Shown: piece by piece, positions 59,346 through 64,000 of the stretch
How positions within the stretch are numbered: position 1 is the first letter of the stretch
Layout: every line of letters starts with the position of its first letter
Source: a bacterium UBP13_UBA5359
GTDB lineage: Bacteria; UBP13; UBA5359
Direction: 5' to 3'
Length of the DNA: 64,000 nucleotides
NCBI GenBank assembly: GCA_002410925.1
Contig: DHPR01000013.1
Coordinates: 1-64,000, forward strand
Program-made: the position numbers and the translations under genes
The notes under the pieces: model-generated
What the model was told of the DNA's origin: nothing
Databases searched by the model: none
What the model saw: the letters and a program-made list of their open reading frames with translations, nothing else

Positions 59346-59994
59346 ATCTATTCTCCTGCATTTCCCGCATGGCAGCAGCCAGCTTTTTCTGTTGTTCCGG
59401 AGTAAGGATTGCCGTGATCTTCTTTGCGCTCTCCTGATGCACAGCGTTGATCTTCTCGCGAAGAGCCTTGCGATCGTTATTCTTCTCTTTGCGCAAAGCA
59501 TTGATTTTATCTTCGCCTTCTCCGGCGATCTTCTCTATCTCTTTTATCTGCTTGTCGGATAATCCCAGGCTCTTCTCGAGCCGGCCGGTTATTACGGCTA
59601 TATTTACACCACTTGGCCTTATCCGTTCCCGCATTTCTCTCCTCTTAGCAGATAGCTTCTCTTTCTGCTCCGGAGTGAGAAGGGCATTGGTCTTTTCCCG
59701 CATGCTTCTGGATAAGCCCATTACTTTCTTTCTAGCTTCCTTTTTTGACAGACCGCTCTCCTGAATACCTTTTAATTCATCCGTAAATTCCTTACGTATC
59801 TGCTCCATTTTAGCCTTTTGATCCTCGGTCAGGTTTAGTTCATCATAGGCTCTTTCCATCCATTGCATAGGCTGCATATTCCAACCATGCTGCTTGTCGG
59901 GGCCGGCGGCAGGCTTATTGTCATCCGCAAAGGCTATTCCGGCCATACCTGACAGCAGCAGCAATACCGTTGTCAGCAGAATGAATCTTTTCAT
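59344..59994 (-). CDS. Spy/CpxP-like LTxxQ protein (double unit), secreted
   Basis: Signal peptide; LNLTEDQ...LLTPEQ and LGLSDKQ...ILTPEQ. Confidence 0.82.
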   Translation of the reverse strand: MKRFILLTTVLLLLSGMAGIAFADDNKPAAGPDKQHGWNMQPMQWMERAYDELNLTEDQKAKMEQIRKEFTDELKGIQESGLSKKEARKKVMGLSRSMREKTNALLTPEQKEKLSAKRREMRERIRPSGVNIAVITGRLEKSLGLSDKQIKEIEKIAGEGEDKINALRKEKNNDRKALREKINAVHQESAKKITAILTPEQQKKLAAAMREMQENR

Positions 59995-59998
59995 TATG

Positions 59999-60691
59999 TC
60001 ACGCCCTCCTTAAATAGGCCCCTTTTCTTTCCCGCTCTCGTCTGAACCCGGCATTCTTTCTGAGCTGCTCCAATTTTCTGTGCTGTTCAGGAGTCAGTAT
60101 CTTCATTATGCGTTCTTTGCTTTCATTTTGTATATTTTGGATCTTGTTTCGGATCATCCCGCGATTTTTTTCAGTGCCGCTGAGCAATATTCTGATCCTC
60201 TTATTGCTTTCATTGTTGATCTTTTCAATCTGCTTTATCTGATTAGCGGACAGCTTCAGCTCCTTGCGGAAGCGGAGGGCTGTTGCGCCTATGCCTTCGC
60301 CACGGTGGTTCCCACGCTTGCCGGCCTGCTTTATGGCGGCGGCTCTTATCTCCTGTTGCTTAGGTGTCAAAACACTGTTTATCTTGCTCTGCATCTCTTT
60401 ATTAAGATTGGTTAGCCTTTCCCGTTTCTGCTTGTCGCTCAGGTTGCTCTTGCGTATGCGCTCAGCTTTAATGGCAAAATCCTTACGAATCTCTTTAATT
60501 CTGGTCTTTTGCTTCTCTGTCAGATTCAGTTTGTCAAAGGCGCTCTCTCTTCGTTGCATAGGCTGCTGCACATTCCGACCAGGCCGCCCGGGAACAACCG
60601 GCCTCCTGTTATTGCCCGCAGCCAGAGCCAGGCCGGATATGCCCAACAAGAAGAAAGTGATTACCAATAGAATAGATTTTTTCATCTTCAT
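59999..60691 (-). CDS. Spy/CpxP-like LTxxQ protein (double unit), secreted, very basic
   Basis: Signal peptide; LNLTEKQ...VLTPKQ and LKLSANQ...ILTPEQ; paralogous to the neighbouring gene. Confidence 0.82.
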   Translation of the reverse strand: MKMKKSILLVITFFLLGISGLALAAGNNRRPVVPGRPGRNVQQPMQRRESAFDKLNLTEKQKTRIKEIRKDFAIKAERIRKSNLSDKQKRERLTNLNKEMQSKINSVLTPKQQEIRAAAIKQAGKRGNHRGEGIGATALRFRKELKLSANQIKQIEKINNESNKRIRILLSGTEKNRGMIRNKIQNIQNESKERIMKILTPEQHRKLEQLRKNAGFRRERERKGAYLRRA

Positions 60692-60717
60692 TCCTCCCAG
60701 CTATCTTTGCTGTACCG

Positions 60718-60746
60718 TATACGGAAATATAATATGGAAGGTTTCA
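60718..60746 (-). promoter_or_regulatory. ECF sigma-type promoter for the Spy-like pair
   Basis: Minus strand TGAAAC-17 nt-CGTATA (SigW/SigM-type), then a GGGAGG SD. Confidence 0.55.
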
Positions 60747-61610
60747 ACCGGAGCGTCGGCGAAATTCACGCGGCGTGACGCCAAAGCGTTTGCGGAACTG
60801 ACGAGAGAAGAAGTTGCTATCCGTAAAGCCTGTTTGAGATGCAATCTCCGTAATAGTTAAATCTGTATGGCGTAACAGGGCAGAGGCCCTCTCCAGGCGC
60901 CGGCGGATCACATACTCCATTGGCGATACTCCCAGAGCGGCACGAAAGATCCGGTGCAGGGTGCTGATCGATGCTCCGGCAATCCGGGCAAGCTGTTCCA
61001 GTGTCAGGAGCTCCGATGAGCGTTGTTCGATATGGCTCATAACTGCTCCCAGCTTGAGCCATTGCCACGATTCAGGGGTGGCGATGCCGGCATAGCGCCG
61101 TGATAGGAAGACAATGGTCTGAAAGAAGAGACTGACAGCCATTCCCTGATATCCAGGCTGATACCCATCGAGCTCTTCTGCTGTCTGTTCCAGGATGCGG
61201 CCGATCTCATCCAAATCAGTTTCGGACAGCGTGAGGTAGTGATGTGCAGAGCCGGACATACCCCTGATGCCAGGCTCCAGAGAGAAGAGCGCATGGTAAG
61301 CCGGAAGAGTATAAAGATCGCTTGCCGGCAAATTGAGCTTTGAGATATCGAATAATACATTATAGATTTCCAACTGCTTGCAATTCTCATAGGTGTGCTC
61401 GGAACCGCTCAATATTACAAAAACGTCTCCGGCAGCAATTGGATACTTCTTACCGTTTATGTTGTGCAGGCCATAGCCTGCCAGCACAACCACCAGTTCG
61501 CAGAAGTCATGGGTATGCATTTCAAGCCGATCATCGGCCCTTGTGCGAAAGACGGCCAAAGGCATTCCCGTTTTGGAAAAATATTCTTGTCCACGAAGAT
61601 GATAGACCAT
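60744..61610 (-). CDS. AraC-family regulator with cupin sensor (RhaR/RhaS-like)
   Basis: HTHDFCELVVV..G.G.H cupin; C-terminal ITEIASQTGFTDSNFFSRQFRKRFGVTPREFR. Confidence 0.9.
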   Translation of the reverse strand: MVYHLRGQEYFSKTGMPLAVFRTRADDRLEMHTHDFCELVVVLAGYGLHNINGKKYPIAAGDVFVILSGSEHTYENCKQLEIYNVLFDISKLNLPASDLYTLPAYHALFSLEPGIRGMSGSAHHYLTLSETDLDEIGRILEQTAEELDGYQPGYQGMAVSLFFQTIVFLSRRYAGIATPESWQWLKLGAVMSHIEQRSSELLTLEQLARIAGASISTLHRIFRAALGVSPMEYVIRRRLERASALLRHTDLTITEIASQTGFTDSNFFSRQFRKRFGVTPREFRRRSG

Positions 61611-61756
61611 GACAAGATAATGCTATTATTTGACCTGATTGTCAAGGTTATCGATATAAGAGACTGCTATTATAAGGCAAAAGCCTGAATGCAGGGGAGC
61701 AATGTCCGGATTCCGTAAGCGGCATTTTGCATTTCGCTTTTAAAACGGGGTTGACC

Positions 61757-62752
61757 ATGGATAATCGGAAACGGTTTCAACATATTTTCAACTTCCAGCC
61801 GGTAGACCGCCTGCCGAGATTGGAATGGGCTGCGTGGTGGGATAAGACCCTGGATCGGTGGCATGGGGAGGGGCTTCCGCGGGAGCTGCCGGCCGGAGAG
61901 AACCTGTTCCATTACTTTGCTCTGGATGATCATAGCCAGTGCTGGATCAGCCCCGGCGGGCCGTCCTGCCCGGTGCCTGCAAACTATGGCGGGCCGTTGA
62001 TTGCCGATAGAGCCGATTATCTGGCCATAAAGGAGCATCTCTATCCGGAAGCAGCCTTCGACGCTGCCGGCATAGAAGTCCGGGCTGCTGAGCAATGTAC
62101 AGGCAAAACGATTCTCTGGATCACGTTGGAGGGCTTCTTCTGGTGGCCCAGAAGGTTGTTCGGCATAGAGCCCCATATGTATGCCTTCTATGACCAGCCG
62201 GAATTGATGAAAGAGATCAATGAAGATCTGCTGGAGTTTTACTTCAAAGTCCTGGAAGAGTTCTGTGCCGTCTGCATCCCTGATTTCATGACCTTTGCCG
62301 AGGATATGACCTATAACCATGGCCCCATGCTTTCAGAGAGCCTCTTTGATGAATTCATAGCCCCCTATTATGCCCGCATAGTGCCCGTGCTCAAAGATCA
62401 CGGCATCCTTCCCTTCATCGATAGCGATGGTGATATAAGGGAGATAGTGCCGTGGTTTGAGAAATTGGGAACGGACGGCTTTCTGCCGCTGGAACGGCAG
62501 GCAGGGGTCGATATAGCGGAATTGCGTCGCGATCATCCGCAGCTGCGAATGATCGGCGGATTCGATAAGAGGGTGATGCATCTGGGTGAAGAGCATATGC
62601 GAATGGAGTTCGAACGGTTGCTGCCGGTGATGCGTCAGGGCGGTTATATACCCTCCGTAGATCACCAGACACCCCCGGAGGTATCGCTGAATCAGTATCG
62701 CCTTTATCTGCGCCTGCTGGAGGAGTATAGTATCAAAGCGGTCAAGCCATAA
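61757..62752 (+). CDS. Uroporphyrinogen decarboxylase (UroD/MtaA)-like family protein
   Basis: PVDRLP, FAEDM.Y..GPMLS...F.EFI.PYY, DSDGD, GGFDK, GGYIPSVDH..PPEV. Confidence 0.8.
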   Translation: MDNRKRFQHIFNFQPVDRLPRLEWAAWWDKTLDRWHGEGLPRELPAGENLFHYFALDDHSQCWISPGGPSCPVPANYGGPLIADRADYLAIKEHLYPEAAFDAAGIEVRAAEQCTGKTILWITLEGFFWWPRRLFGIEPHMYAFYDQPELMKEINEDLLEFYFKVLEEFCAVCIPDFMTFAEDMTYNHGPMLSESLFDEFIAPYYARIVPVLKDHGILPFIDSDGDIREIVPWFEKLGTDGFLPLERQAGVDIAELRRDHPQLRMIGGFDKRVMHLGEEHMRMEFERLLPVMRQGGYIPSVDHQTPPEVSLNQYRLYLRLLEEYSIKAVKP

Positions 62753-62850
62753 AAGAGAATGACGAAAAGTATGCTTTCTTCTATGAATCTATGTTGTGAA
62801 GTTATAAATATGGTAATCCTTTGAGGATAGATTATATGGAGGAACTATTG

Positions 62851-64000
62851 ATGAGTATGAGCAAATTGCAAAACCCTGCTCCGCTGTCGCGGCCGGCACC
62901 GTTCTGGAGTTGGAACGATAAACTGGATGAGGCCGAACTGCGCCGTCAGATACGGGAAATGGCGGCCAAGGGCTGGGGATCGTACTTCATGCATTCCCGT
63001 GTGGGATTGGTGACCCGGTATCTTTCAAACGAGTGGATGGCGCTGGTGAGCGCCTGCATCGATGAGGCCGAGAAAACGGGAACCTATGCCTGGCTCTATG
63101 ACGAAGACAAATGGCCCTCCGGCTTTGCCGGGGGAGCGGTGCCGGAGAGAGACGAGGCTTACCGGGGCAGAGCTTTGGTGCTGCTGAAAGAAGGCCGGCT
63201 TACCGAGAACGATATGCCGCTGGAAAGAATTACATATGGCGGAAATGATTATGAGATCTGTCTTAGGGCAGATTCCCTGGGAAATCTCTGGTTCAATGGC
63301 GCCTGCTATGTTGATCTGATGAACCCTGAGGCGGTAAGGCATTTCCTTGAATCTACGCATGAGAGGTATAAGGCCGCCTGTGGAGAGCATTTCGGCCGCA
63401 CCATTCCGGGAATATTCACCGATGAGCCATGCTACCTATGGCCAAAGCAAGCTCCGGCCGTCCCCTGGTCGGATTACCTGCCGGATTTCTTTCAGAAGAT
63501 GAAGGGTTATGATATCAGCCGGCATCTGGCTTCCCTCTTCTTCGAAACCGGTAATTACAAAAAGGTACGCTTTGACTTCTACGATGCCGCTACCGAGCTT
63601 TTCAAAGAGAGCTTCACCCGGCAGTATTATGAGTGGTGCCGGAAGAATAATCTTATTATGACCGGACATTTCATGTGCGAGGATACTCTCTGGGCTCAGA
63701 CCCAGTGGTCCGGAGATGTCATGAGCCATTATGAATATATGACCTGGCCGGGAATAGATAAGCTGGGACGCAATTTAGAGCAGGTCGTCACTGTCAAACA
63801 GGTATCCTCCGTTGTCGATCAATTAAAGAAAGAGCGTGCTTTCAGCGAAGCTTTCGGCTGTATGGGAGGCCAATGCAGCTTCTTCCATCGCAAATGGATT
63901 GGAGATTGGCAGGCAGCTTTAGGCATCAGCTTTGTCAACCACCATCTCTCACTTTACTCCATGCGGGGAGAGAGAAAGCGCGATTATCCGGCTAACCTTT
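62851..64000 (+). CDS. Glycoside hydrolase, GH106 (alpha-L-rhamnosidase)-like; partial, runs off the window
   Basis: RPAPFWSWNDKL, FMHSRVGL..YLS.EW, WLYDEDKWPSGFAGG, GIFTDEP, PGIDKL, HHLSLYSMRGERKRDYP; missing from the ORF track because it has no stop. Confidence 0.82.
   Translation, partial: MSMSKLQNPAPLSRPAPFWSWNDKLDEAELRRQIREMAAKGWGSYFMHSRVGLVTRYLSNEWMALVSACIDEAEKTGTYAWLYDEDKWPSGFAGGAVPERDEAYRGRALVLLKEGRLTENDMPLERITYGGNDYEICLRADSLGNLWFNGACYVDLMNPEAVRHFLESTHERYKAACGEHFGRTIPGIFTDEPCYLWPKQAPAVPWSDYLPDFFQKMKGYDISRHLASLFFETGNYKKVRFDFYDAATELFKESFTRQYYEWCRKNNLIMTGHFMCEDTLWAQTQWSGDVMSHYEYMTWPGIDKLGRNLEQVVTVKQVSSVVDQLKKERAFSEAFGCMGGQCSFFHRKWIGDWQAALGISFVNHHLSLYSMRGERKRDYPANL

Overview
A 64 kb chromosomal window from a probably anaerobic bacterium. 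It combines Bacillota-like gene order and promoters with diderm-type envelope genes (TamB/AsmA-like, BON, Spy/CpxP). From left to right: a rearranged clpC-yacL-ispDF-gltX-cysES-rlmB-sigH core cluster; an iorAB-ACT-SSS-paaK aryl-acid module; an orphan permuted DNA methyltransferase; tRNA-Thr(UGU); a divergent 629-aa GHMP kinase; a 4-PDZ HtrA protease with a catalytically dead partner; a fragmentary surface-polysaccharide cluster; a GAF/PAS kinase, HTH-less sigma54 activator, Cys4-insert rpoN and BON operon; uxuB-larA-like-gnd; fprA; pckA; a Ca-type P-ATPase; a D-2-hydroxyacid dehydrogenase-ferritin-(pseudo)encapsulin operon; PrcB plus an S8/PQQ protease; two Spy-like genes; and an AraC/UroD-like/GH106 sugar locus cut by the window end. 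The main observations are: (1) a self-contained, apparently enhancer-independent sigma54 module behind a SigB-type promoter and a two-faced -24/-12 palindrome; (2) four SigB-type and three SigH-type promoter matches sketching regulons; (3) an unannotated decayed family-1 encapsulin gene behind its ferritin cargo; (4) a candidate four-way-junction leader RNA. No CRISPR array, transposase, integrase or rRNA was seen. All calls come from reading motifs by eye; no database searches were run.
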